A stretch of 51,482 bases of DNA, taken from Patescibacteria group bacterium. Lineage in GTDB: Bacteria > Patescibacteriota > Minisyncoccia > Portnoybacterales > UBA2143. Location: assembly GCA_018819085.1 (NCBI GenBank), contig JAHJQT010000059.1, positions 1 through 51,482 on the forward strand, written 5' to 3'. The position numbers and the translations under genes were made by a program. A model generated the notes under the pieces. That model was given only the letters and a program-made list of their open reading frames with translations. It was not told where the DNA came from and ran no database searches. The first letter of the stretch is position 1; each line of letters begins with the position of its first letter. Of this stretch, positions 44,861 through 51,482 are shown piece by piece.

Positions 44861-45985
44861 CTATTCTTCTCTCATAGCAAGTCCAACTGCTACTGACAAC
44901 GAAGGACCTAATTCTTTTATAGCCGGTTTTAGTGAAGAGGGATAAATTATTCTCGCAAACGGATCACCTAAAGAAGTATCTAAAGATAATTCGCTGTTAA
45001 AATAGTCAATAAATCCAACTAACTCAAAACCACCTCCAGTTAAAATACATTTCTCTATTTTCTTATTATACTTAACTTGATATGTATTAATTATTTTCCT
45101 TATCTCTATAATAATAATTTTTAAAACTGAATTAATAATTTCCCTTAATCTAGCACTATGCGCATCAGTTAATTCATTGTTTGATAATTTAATTTTAATC
45201 TCTTCCGCTTCTTCTAAACTTAAATTCATGTGTTTCGCAATAGCTTCATTAATTTTTATACCACCCATTTCCAAATTATGAGTTAATTTAATGTATCCAT
45301 TATCAATAATACTAACATTAATAGAGCGAAAACCAGCATCAACTAAAAGAGTAAGAGTCTTATCATTACCCATTAAAGAACGACTCAAACTAAAAGTTTC
45401 CTCTTCTATCGCTTTTAATTCTAACCCTGCTAAATTAATTATCTTATTATAATTATTAATAATCTCTTTCGGAACAGCAATAAGTAAAATTTCTTGTTTA
45501 GAAACTTGTTTTGGAATTTTACTTCCAGAAGAATCCAAAAGTTTATGTTTTGATTCTTTATCTGAATTCGACTTTTGCGAACTAACAACACTCCAATCTA
45601 AAACAACTTCAGAAATAGGGACAGGAATATACTTTCTTGCTTCAAAAGCAATTGAAGAAGCAATTTCTTTTTCAGACATAATTGGAAAATCAACCAAAGT
45701 AGAGAAACTAGAATATACAGGAACAGAAAGATAGGCATTACGAGATTCAATCTTTGCAGAATTAATAGCCCTTTTTATTATTTCAGCTACTTCTTCATTA
45801 GGAAGATTAGCGAGCTTAAGATTATCTTTTTTATCCTTTTTTTTAAAATATTCTTTTAAAGAAAAAACTGCGTAATTCTTCAAACTATATCTTTCATCTT
45901 TTTTTTCTAATTCAACTAATTTTATTGCTGAAGCACTGATGTCAATTCCTAAATAATTTTTTTGCTTTTTTTTAAATAAAAACAC
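44861..45985 (-). CDS. pilM: Type IV pilus assembly protein PilM (actin-like ATPase fold)
   Basis: YLGIDISASAIKLVELEK start, GFRSINVSIIDNG, and ILTGGG near the C-terminus. It is the first gene of the pil operon. Confidence 0.8.
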   Translation of the reverse strand: MFLFKKKQKNYLGIDISASAIKLVELEKKDERYSLKNYAVFSLKEYFKKKDKKDNLKLANLPNEEVAEIIKRAINSAKIESRNAYLSVPVYSSFSTLVDFPIMSEKEIASSIAFEARKYIPVPISEVVLDWSVVSSQKSNSDKESKHKLLDSSGSKIPKQVSKQEILLIAVPKEIINNYNKIINLAGLELKAIEEETFSLSRSLMGNDKTLTLLVDAGFRSINVSIIDNGYIKLTHNLEMGGIKINEAIAKHMNLSLEEAEEIKIKLSNNELTDAHSARLREIINSVLKIIIIEIRKIINTYQVKYNKKIEKCILTGGGFELVGFIDYFNSELSLDTSLGDPFARIIYPSSLKPAIKELGPSLSVAVGLAMREE

Positions 45986-46059
45986 TTTAGTAATTATATT
46001 TACCTTGCCTTTGCTTATTTCAAATTATATCATAAATTAAGAAGAAAAAGAATCGTCAT

Positions 46060-46770
46060 ATGTGGAAAACTATTATTAATTTATTATTCCCTATTTATTG
46101 CCTTGGTTGCAGACAAGAAGGTAAATTTATCTGTTCTTCTTGTTTTGAGAAAATAAAGATGAATGAAAAATATTATTTTGATAAAGCTGATATTTTAAAG
46201 AAAACATTAGTTGTTGGTTGTAATGACGATGAATTGCTCAAACAGATGATATATAGGTATAAATATAATTTTATAAAAGACCTATCTAAACCACTTGGAC
46301 AATTAATGATCAATAAATTAATTAAAGATATTAAAAAAAATAATTTAAAAAAAATTATTCTTATTCCAATTCCATTACATCCTAAGCGTCTCCGTTGGAG
46401 AGGTTTTAATCAAGCAGAGCTTTTGGCTGAAGAAATTAGTAAAGAATTAAATATTCCTGTAATAAATAATCTTTTAATAAGAACTAAAAATAACCTACCT
46501 CAAGCTAAAATTCAAAAAGCTTTTCAAAGAAGACAAAACGTTTATAATATTTTTGATTTAAGAGGCCGTGCGTCGAAAGCTACATCCCTTACGCTCGGAG
46601 GGCGGAAGGGTGTGCTTGAGAGGCACGGCCTCGATAATGATTTTAAAAACAAAACCCTCATCCTCGTTGACGACATCTCCACAACAAGTGCAACTTTAAA
46701 AGAAGCTGCTAGGACATTAAATATTCTTAAACCAAAACAAATCTGGGGATTGGTTTTAATAAAAGATTGA
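46060..46770 (+). CDS. comF: ComF-family phosphoribosyltransferase-domain protein
   Basis: N-terminal CLGC...CSSC zinc-finger pattern. PRTase motif LILVDDISTTSATL. A GC-rich insert lies between NIFDL and KNKTLILVDD. Confidence 0.85.
   Translation: MWKTIINLLFPIYCLGCRQEGKFICSSCFEKIKMNEKYYFDKADILKKTLVVGCNDDELLKQMIYRYKYNFIKDLSKPLGQLMINKLIKDIKKNNLKKIILIPIPLHPKRLRWRGFNQAELLAEEISKELNIPVINNLLIRTKNNLPQAKIQKAFQRRQNVYNIFDLRGRASKATSLTLGGRKGVLERHGLDNDFKNKTLILVDDISTTSATLKEAARTLNILKPKQIWGLVLIKD
46562..46632. repeat. GC-rich palindromic element, copy 1 (inside the comF reading frame)
   Basis: Perfect 10-bp terminal inverted repeats GAGGCCGTGC (46562-46571) and GCACGGCCTC (46623-46632). It shares the internal AGCTACATCC core with copy 2. 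It stands out against AT-rich flanks. Confidence 0.6.
46729..46759 (+). repeat. 31-bp direct repeat, copy 1 (true 3' end of comF)
   Basis: aaaccaaaacaaatctggggattggttttaa is identical to 47791-47821. Confidence 0.85.
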
Positions 46771-46778
46771 AAAAGCTC

Positions 46779-46880
46779 GTGTCTTAGAAAGATGGACAGG
46801 CACGGCCTTACAGAGCTACATCCTTGCGAAGCAAGGTTGTGCGAATAAGGCCGTGCCTTTTCAGATTTCTTTTAAGACAC
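46779..46880. repeat. GC-rich palindromic element, copy 2, nested in a longer hairpin just after the comF stop
   Basis: Perfect 13-bp arms AGGCACGGCCTTA (46798-46810) and TAAGGCCGTGCCT (46846-46858). Outer arms gtgtctta (46779-46786) and taagacac (46873-46880). Core AGCTACATCC is present. Confidence 0.6.
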
Positions 46881-46895
46881 TTAAACGAACTAAAA

Positions 46896-46926
46896 CAAAA
46901 AACCTGCTAATTAAAACAGGTTTTTA
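46896..46926 (-). terminator. Bidirectional intrinsic-terminator-like hairpin
   Basis: aaaaacctg (46897-46905) pairs with caggttttt (46917-46925). It lies 24 nt downstream of the stop of 46950..47738 on the minus strand. Confidence 0.55.
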
Positions 46927-46949
46927 TTATCTAAAATACTGTTTATTTT

Positions 46950-47738
46950 TCAATCAATAAATTTGAAAGTGGAGAGAATTTGGTCAAATGTATCTGAACA
47001 TTCGACATAAAACTCGTCTCCCGGCATAACGACATTGACATTATCTTCATTGGTTATTACCTTTTGGACAGAGATACCGATATCAAAAGAATAATATTTT
47101 TCATCTTTTCTTTCAACCCAATAATTATACATGAAATATTCGGGACGAGTTGGTACTCTAATAGCAGAAATTCCATTTATATCTACTTTAGTTCCTTGAG
47201 ACAAAAGAGTTTCGTATTCTTGGTACCAACTTTTTAAACTATTTTCAAATTTTTCAGTGCTATACGAACTTATGTCCAATCCACAAATTTTTTCGCCATT
47301 TTTAAAAAACGATCCTACAAAAACTTCGTATCCAATACCATAAACCGGCATTTCATTACTATGGCTCCAATCTTTGGGATATTTTATTTCAAATTTCGCA
47401 GATTCATTCCTATAGGTCTGCCAGTCAGCTGTAGGATCAACAACCTCCGAACATTCTGCAAATTCACAATTTGGAGCGATTCTACCAACAGAAGAACCAT
47501 CTGGACATACTCTAGCTTCTTCTGTACAAGCAACTGGTTCTTCAGAATTAAAATAATAACTATATACAAAATAACCACCTATCCCTATGATAGCTATGAC
47601 TAAAACTGTAATTAGAATAGTAAGCCATTTAGGCAAACCTGTTTTATTAGGTATTTCTGGAAAATCTTTCTGAATGTCTGACTTGATACCATCTTGATTC
47701 AGGAAATTTATTTTATTAGGTTGGTTTTGTTCATCCAT
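46950..47738 (-). CDS. Membrane-anchored/secreted hypothetical protein
   Basis: TM helix WLTILITVLVIAIIGIGGYFVYSYYF followed by a Cys-containing segment ACTEEARVCPDGSSVGRIAPNCEFAEC. No recognisable catalytic motif. Confidence 0.6.
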   Translation of the reverse strand: MDEQNQPNKINFLNQDGIKSDIQKDFPEIPNKTGLPKWLTILITVLVIAIIGIGGYFVYSYYFNSEEPVACTEEARVCPDGSSVGRIAPNCEFAECSEVVDPTADWQTYRNESAKFEIKYPKDWSHSNEMPVYGIGYEVFVGSFFKNGEKICGLDISSYSTEKFENSLKSWYQEYETLLSQGTKVDINGISAIRVPTRPEYFMYNYWVERKDEKYYSFDIGISVQKVITNEDNVNVVMPGDEFYVECSDTFDQILSTFKFID

Positions 47739-47790
47739 AATATATATTTTATCATATATATATTAATTAGCAACTATGTGCACTATGGAT

Positions 47791-47821
47791 AAACCAAAAC
47801 AAATCTGGGGATTGGTTTTAA
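47791..47821 (+). repeat. 31-bp direct repeat, copy 2 (orphan duplicate of the comF 3' end)
   Basis: Identical to 46729-46759. In the same frame it would read KPKQIWGLVLTKG-stop, against KPKQIWGLVLIKD-stop in comF. Confidence 0.85.
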
Positions 47822-47900
47822 CAAAAGGATGATTGACTAATCTGGATTATATCGTTAGGATTAATGCATCATTAACAATAAAATAATGGAGGTACGGACA

Positions 47901-48137
47901 ATGGCAGATATTGAAGGGAAAATAAAGAAAATTATCTGCGAACAATTGGAAGTAGAGGAAGAAGAGGTCGTCCCAGAGGCTTCATTTTTGGACGATTTAG
48001 GCGCAGATTCGCTAGATCAAGTAGAACTGATTATGGCCATGGAGGAAGAATTTGACATATCAATCAGAGATGAAGACGCAGAAGCAATTGTTACAGTACA
48101 AGACGCTATAGATCGTGTAAAAACAATCTTGGCATAA
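47901..48137 (+). CDS. acpP: Acyl carrier protein
   Basis: [19 protein letters not shown] carries the DSL phosphopantetheine-attachment serine. I prefer the ATG at 47901, preceded by GGAGGT at 47888-47893. The track start is 47886. Confidence 0.9.
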   Translation: MADIEGKIKKIICEQLEVEEEEVVPEASFLDDLGADSLDQVELIMAMEEEFDISIRDEDAEAIVTVQDAIDRVKTILA

Positions 48138-48149
48138 CAAAAGATGAAA

Positions 48150-48183
48150 CAGACCAACTCAACGCAGTTGGCCTGTTTTTTTT
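48150..48183 (+). terminator. Intrinsic terminator after the ACP gene
   Basis: cagaccaact (48150-48159) pairs with agttggcctg (48166-48175) with one mismatch, followed by a T8 run. Confidence 0.6.
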
Positions 48184-48221
48184 ATTGACTATGATTTTTG
48201 AGAATGGTAAAGTAGAAACAA

Positions 48222-48308
48222 GGAGGAGTGCGGCGAATTGGTAAGCCAGCACCCTGCTAAGGTGTAACCCTTCGGGGTTTGTGGGTTCGAGTCCCACCTC
48301 CTCCGCCA
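48222..48308 (+). tRNA. tRNA-Ser (anticodon GCU), class II with long variable arm, CCA encoded
   Basis: Folded by hand. Acceptor GGAGGAG/CTCCTCC. Anticodon stem GCACC/GGTGT with loop CTGCTAA. Variable arm AACCCTTCGGGGTTTG. T-arm GTGGG-TTCGAGT-CCCAC. Discriminator G, then CCA. Confidence 0.85.
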
Positions 48309-48332
48309 ATTAAAAACTAAATATTTTATTAT

Positions 48333-48419
48333 GGAGAGGTACGAAAGTGGCTTAATCGGATAGTCTTGAAAACTATTGTGGCAGCAATGTCACCGTGGGT
48401 TCGAATCCCACCCTCTCCG
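48333..48419 (+). tRNA. tRNA-Ser (anticodon UGA), class II with long variable arm, CCA not encoded
   Basis: Folded by hand. Acceptor GGAGAGG/CCTCTCC. Anticodon stem ATAGT/ACTAT with loop CTTGAAA. Long variable arm. T-arm GTGGG-TTCGAAT-CCCAC. Discriminator G is followed by CCC. Confidence 0.85.
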
Positions 48420-48610
48420 CCCGCACGCAGAAGCGACCCTTTCGGATTGAAAAACTGCCAAAGAACCTGAAAAAATATCGTCTCGAACTTCATTTTGGGC
48501 CAAAAGCGGGCTTCCCTCATTTTTAATTGGACTACTTTCATTTTATTTGTTATCATATTTATGAAGGGTTAGATAAGCACCCATACTTATACTATCATAC
48601 TTAGGAAACT

Positions 48611-48826
48611 ATGAAAAGTCAAAACAATAACGAAACAATTGGGAATAAGATAAAACAGCTTAGGAATAAGCAAGGATTAACGCAGGACGAGTTAGCAAGA
48701 AAAGCTGATCTTCCCTATACAACACTGACCAAAATTGAAACAAATGTTATTACAAAGCCCTCTATTCAAACGGTTATGAAGATTGCCAAGGGTTTGGGCA
48801 TTGGTATCGATGATTTAATGAAATAA
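48611..48826 (+). CDS. XRE-family helix-turn-helix transcriptional regulator
   Basis: IGNKIKQLRNKQGLTQDELARKADLPYTTLTKIE is a typical HTH_3 pattern. 71 aa. Confidence 0.85.
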   Translation: MKSQNNNETIGNKIKQLRNKQGLTQDELARKADLPYTTLTKIETNVITKPSIQTVMKIAKGLGIGIDDLMK

Positions 48827-48831
48827 ACTTT

Positions 48832-50010
48832 ATGAAAAATAAATTTGGTATTTCTAAAAATGTTTTTGTTTTGGGACTGGTGAGTTTTTTTAATGATGTG
48901 GCCTCAAAGATGATTTATCCCATTGTTCCGATTTTTCTCACCAGTGTTTTAGGTGCGCCAGTAGCTATTGTCGGTTTAATAGAAGGCATTGCGGAATCAA
49001 CCGCCAGTATTCTAAAAGTTATCTCTGGCTGGCTCTCTGATAAATTTCAAAAGAGAAAACCTTTTATTGTTGCGGGTTACTCATTTTCAGCAATTTCTAA
49101 AATACTTTTAAGCTTGGCTTTTAGTTGGCCGTTTGTTTTGATTGCTCGATTTATTGACAGGTTTGGGAAAGAAACGCGAAATTTAGCTAGAGATGCTTTG
49201 ATTGCCGAAAACTCTGAAAACTCAGTTCGAGGAAGATCATTTGGTTTTCATCGGACACTTGATACTTTGGGAGCAGTGGTCGGGCCAATGATTGCTATTT
49301 TGGCGATTCATTTTTTGGATAATAATTTTCGCTTAATCTTCTTTCTCGCCTTTATCCCAGCTTTTATTGGAATTCTCTTGTTGCTCTTTTTTGTGAAAGA
49401 AAGGAAAAAAGAAGCAAATTCTTCCCCTACCTTTCATTTTAATTGGCATAACCTTGACCCTTCTTTTAAGATTTTTTTATTGATCAGTTTCATTTTTGCC
49501 CTGGGCAATAGTTCAGACGCTTTTTTAATTTTGCGAGCGCAAAATTTGGGTTTATCGGTGGTCTTAGTTGTAGCTTTGTATGTTCTTTTCAATTTTACTT
49601 ACGCCATTTTTTCAATGCCTGCCGGAATTATTGCTGATAAAATCGGACCTAAAAAAGTGCTTTTAACTGGCTTTTTGCTTTTTTCCGCTGTATATCTTTT
49701 TTTCGGTCTGGCACATTCCAGTCTTTTCCTTTGGCTTCTTTTCCCGGCTTACGGAATGTATATGGCACTCACCGAAAGAGTGGGGAAAGCCTACATTTCT
49801 AATTTAGTTCCCCAAGAAAAGACAGGTACGGCCTTTGGTGTTTATCAGACCACAATCGGTCTGTACATTTTTTTTGCTTCTCTTATCGCCGGGTTGCTTT
49901 GGACTTATATTGGCGTTAGCGTGCCATTTATCTTTGGAAGTATCATGGCAGTAATCTCGGCCTTTTTGTTTGTTGTTTTGGAAAAAAGAGTAGAGCTTGT
50001 TAAAATATAA
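48832..50010 (+). CDS. MFS transporter
   Basis: ~12 hydrophobic segments. MFS loop motif in GWLSDKFQKRKP. 392 aa. Confidence 0.8.
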   Translation: MKNKFGISKNVFVLGLVSFFNDVASKMIYPIVPIFLTSVLGAPVAIVGLIEGIAESTASILKVISGWLSDKFQKRKPFIVAGYSFSAISKILLSLAFSWPFVLIARFIDRFGKETRNLARDALIAENSENSVRGRSFGFHRTLDTLGAVVGPMIAILAIHFLDNNFRLIFFLAFIPAFIGILLLLFFVKERKKEANSSPTFHFNWHNLDPSFKIFLLISFIFALGNSSDAFLILRAQNLGLSVVLVVALYVLFNFTYAIFSMPAGIIADKIGPKKVLLTGFLLFSAVYLFFGLAHSSLFLWLLFPAYGMYMALTERVGKAYISNLVPQEKTGTAFGVYQTTIGLYIFFASLIAGLLWTYIGVSVPFIFGSIMAVISAFLFVVLEKRVELVKI

Positions 50011-50058
50011 AGGAATTTGCCGCCAAATCAGAAAAAATTTTCATTACTAATTATTAAA

Positions 50059-50087
50059 TTAACATTAAATATGTTAACATTAAATAT
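50059..50087 (+). promoter_or_regulatory. Tandem 14-nt direct repeat abutting the arsM-like start codon (candidate operator)
   Basis: ttaacattaaatat (50059-50072), g, ttaacattaaatat (50074-50087), then ATG at 50088. No SD is visible. Confidence 0.3.
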
Positions 50088-51005
50088 ATGAACACAGCGA
50101 AAAAATCATGTTGTGGCGGAGAGCCGGAAAAAACGGCTTCTCCAAAAAACGCAGTTTTCATTAAGAAACTCAGCGAAAAAGAAATCAAGCAACAAGTTAA
50201 AACACGCTATGATGAATTTGCCAAAGAAGGCGGCTCAGCTGAGGGTTGTTGTCCCTTAGTAGGGAAAAGCACTGAAAGCTTTGCTTTAGAACATGGACTT
50301 TACAGCCAAGAAGATCTTGCTTTAAGTTCCAAGTTGGCTATTAACCTCTCTCGAGGTTGTGGGAATCCTGTTAGCTTTGCTAATCTCCAGCCAGGCGAGG
50401 TGGTTGCTGATTTTGGTTCAGGTGGCGGCATTGATCTTGTTTTGGCAGCTCACAAAGTGGGGCCAACTGGGAAGGTAATTGGAATAGACTTTGCCCCCCA
50501 TATGATTGAAAGAGCAAAACAGGTAATGAAGGAAGCTGGTTTATCTGGTGGAGCCGAGTTTATTCTGCTGGATATAGAAAATCCTCAGGTTCCAGACAAT
50601 ATTGCTGATGTGGTGATATCTAATTGCGTGATTAACCTTTGCCCTTGCAAGCCCTGTGTCTACAAGCAGGTCTTTGATATTCTAAAACCTGGCGGCCGTC
50701 TGGCTATTTCTGACATCGTTACCATAGGAGATGTCGACCCTAAAATTCGTGAGTACTTTCAGTCAATTTGGGCAGGATGTACTGGAGGAGCAATGCCAGA
50801 AGACGAATATTTTAAAATAGTTCAGGATGCAGGCTTTAGCCGGCTTAAAGTTGTAGCTCATCATATTCTTGGACCAAAAGAATTAGATGAAATGGCAAGT
50901 TGTCCTGGTAAAAAATTTTCTCCCATTTTCTCAGAGGAAAAACTAGCTCAAATGCAAGGGAAAATAGTCAGCACTAAATTTACAGCCGTCAAAGCAAAAG
51001 AATAG
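50088..51005 (+). CDS. arsM: Arsenite S-adenosylmethionine methyltransferase-like (ArsM family) class I methyltransferase
   Basis: SRGCGNP, PGEVVADFGSGGGIDL (SAM motif I), SNCVINLCP and LKPGGRLAISDI are co-linear with ArsM. N-terminal Cys pairs (CCGG, GCCP) are present. Confidence 0.8.
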   Translation: MNTAKKSCCGGEPEKTASPKNAVFIKKLSEKEIKQQVKTRYDEFAKEGGSAEGCCPLVGKSTESFALEHGLYSQEDLALSSKLAINLSRGCGNPVSFANLQPGEVVADFGSGGGIDLVLAAHKVGPTGKVIGIDFAPHMIERAKQVMKEAGLSGGAEFILLDIENPQVPDNIADVVISNCVINLCPCKPCVYKQVFDILKPGGRLAISDIVTIGDVDPKIREYFQSIWAGCTGGAMPEDEYFKIVQDAGFSRLKVVAHHILGPKELDEMASCPGKKFSPIFSEEKLAQMQGKIVSTKFTAVKAKE

Positions 51006-51149
51006 GAGGGATACAATAAATTTTTAATGATGGCTCAACTACTTGACTTTTTTTAGGTACACATGTTAGTCTTTAATACTACCAAAATAGATTGGTAATC
51101 CCTGCCATGAGGGTGTCGTGGTAAACGCACATTGACAAGGAGGTGGAAT

Positions 51150-51482
51150 ATGAGACCTGTAACGAACGTTCTTGTTTTGGAGCGGGAAATAAAAAAGGCC
51201 AAACGCCAGCTAGAAAGACTGATTCAGCTTGAAGGTCGCTCGAGAAAGGTCTGGACGAAGGCCTATCAGCTCTTTTTAAAAGCAGCGAACCAACTGACTA
51301 AAATCAAAGTCCATGGCACGAAAAAGGAAATCGGTCTGATAAAGAAAATCCGAGACTGGCCGGCAGAGACCGTTAGACTGACGAAGGAAAGGGACGATCT
51401 TCGAGCACAGATCAAACAGACGGAGCAGACGCTGGTCAAATTGGGAATTGAACAGGCCAAACTCGTCGAGCAGCAAATCAAC
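51150..51482 (+). CDS. Hypothetical coiled-coil-like protein, 3' end runs off the window
   Basis: Not in the ORF track because it has no stop in the window. The ATG at 51150 is preceded by AAGGAGGTG. I translated 111 codons with no stop (MRPVTNVLVLEREIKKAKRQLERLIQLEG...). The two minus-strand track ORFs here are antisense to it. Confidence 0.5.
   Translation, partial: MRPVTNVLVLEREIKKAKRQLERLIQLEGRSRKVWTKAYQLFLKAANQLTKIKVHGTKKEIGLIKKIRDWPAETVRLTKERDDLRAQIKQTEQTLVKLGIEQAKLVEQQIN

Noticed and set aside
45986-46059. Divergent promoters between pilM and comF, and a promoter upstream of the XRE gene (~48528-48560)
   Set aside because: Hexamers resembling -35 and -10 boxes can be found (for example TTGGAC-N18-TATCAT near 48528). 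In sequence this AT-rich such matches are expected by chance, so they are not supportable as features.
46562-46632. The GC-rich segment in comF as a small RNA or tRNA-like gene
   Set aside because: No cloverleaf or conserved RNA motif could be folded by hand. A simple long palindrome with a second related copy nearby fits a repeat element better.
48106-48556. Minus-strand ORFs 48106..48309 and 48329..48556
   Set aside because: They lie antisense across two well-folding tRNA-Ser genes and the ACP terminator, so they are spurious.
51266-51481. Minus-strand ORFs 51266..51481 and 51276..51476
   Set aside because: They are antisense to a plus-strand ORF that has a strong SD (AAGGAGGTG) and stays open for 111 codons to the window edge.

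Overview
The window is a very AT-rich bacterial fragment. By eye it is about a quarter G+C up to ~46 kb and clearly richer after ~47.8 kb. Gene content and style suggest an uncultured CPR/Patescibacteria-like organism: type IV pilus plus ComF, overlapping starts and stops, and many orphan surface proteins. That assignment is inference only. Nearly every gene from 1 to 45,985 is on the minus strand.

There are four blocks.

(1) 37.2-46.0 kb holds a type IV pilus core: pilM, pilN-like, pilO-like, pilB, a pilin, a CheY-like receiver, pilT, pilC, a second pilin and pilD.

(2) 5.3-36.4 kb is the standout. It is a co-directional, translationally coupled block with 14 radical SAM genes, and I could read the CX3CX2C triad in every one. 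They surround a 146-aa ORF whose tail is ~29 uninterrupted His-Xaa-Ser triplets. Nearby are an HxsD-like pair and an HxsB-like rSAM/SPASM gene. The block also carries a YrdC/Sua5-like gene, two Kae1/TsaD-like genes, a NodU-type carbamoyltransferase, a truncated AlaRS catalytic-core homologue, a HemN-like rSAM, a PLP decarboxylase, an ATP-grasp protein, an SDR and a second A24-type peptidase-like membrane protein. I read this as a greatly expanded, uncharacterised His-Xaa-Ser type peptide-modification system that grew by tandem duplication.

(3) 1-5.3 kb holds two large FN3/PKD-type surface proteins and three minor pilins.

(4) 46-51.5 kb lies mostly on the plus strand (46950..47738 is the exception). 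It contains comF with an in-frame GC-rich palindromic element, a ~1 kb segment flanked by a duplicated comF 3' end, an orphan ACP, two tRNA-Ser genes, an XRE regulator, an MFS transporter, an ArsM-like methyltransferase and a partial coiled-coil ORF.

I saw no CRISPR array, rRNA, transposase or integrase. All functional calls rest on motifs read by eye, and no database search was run.
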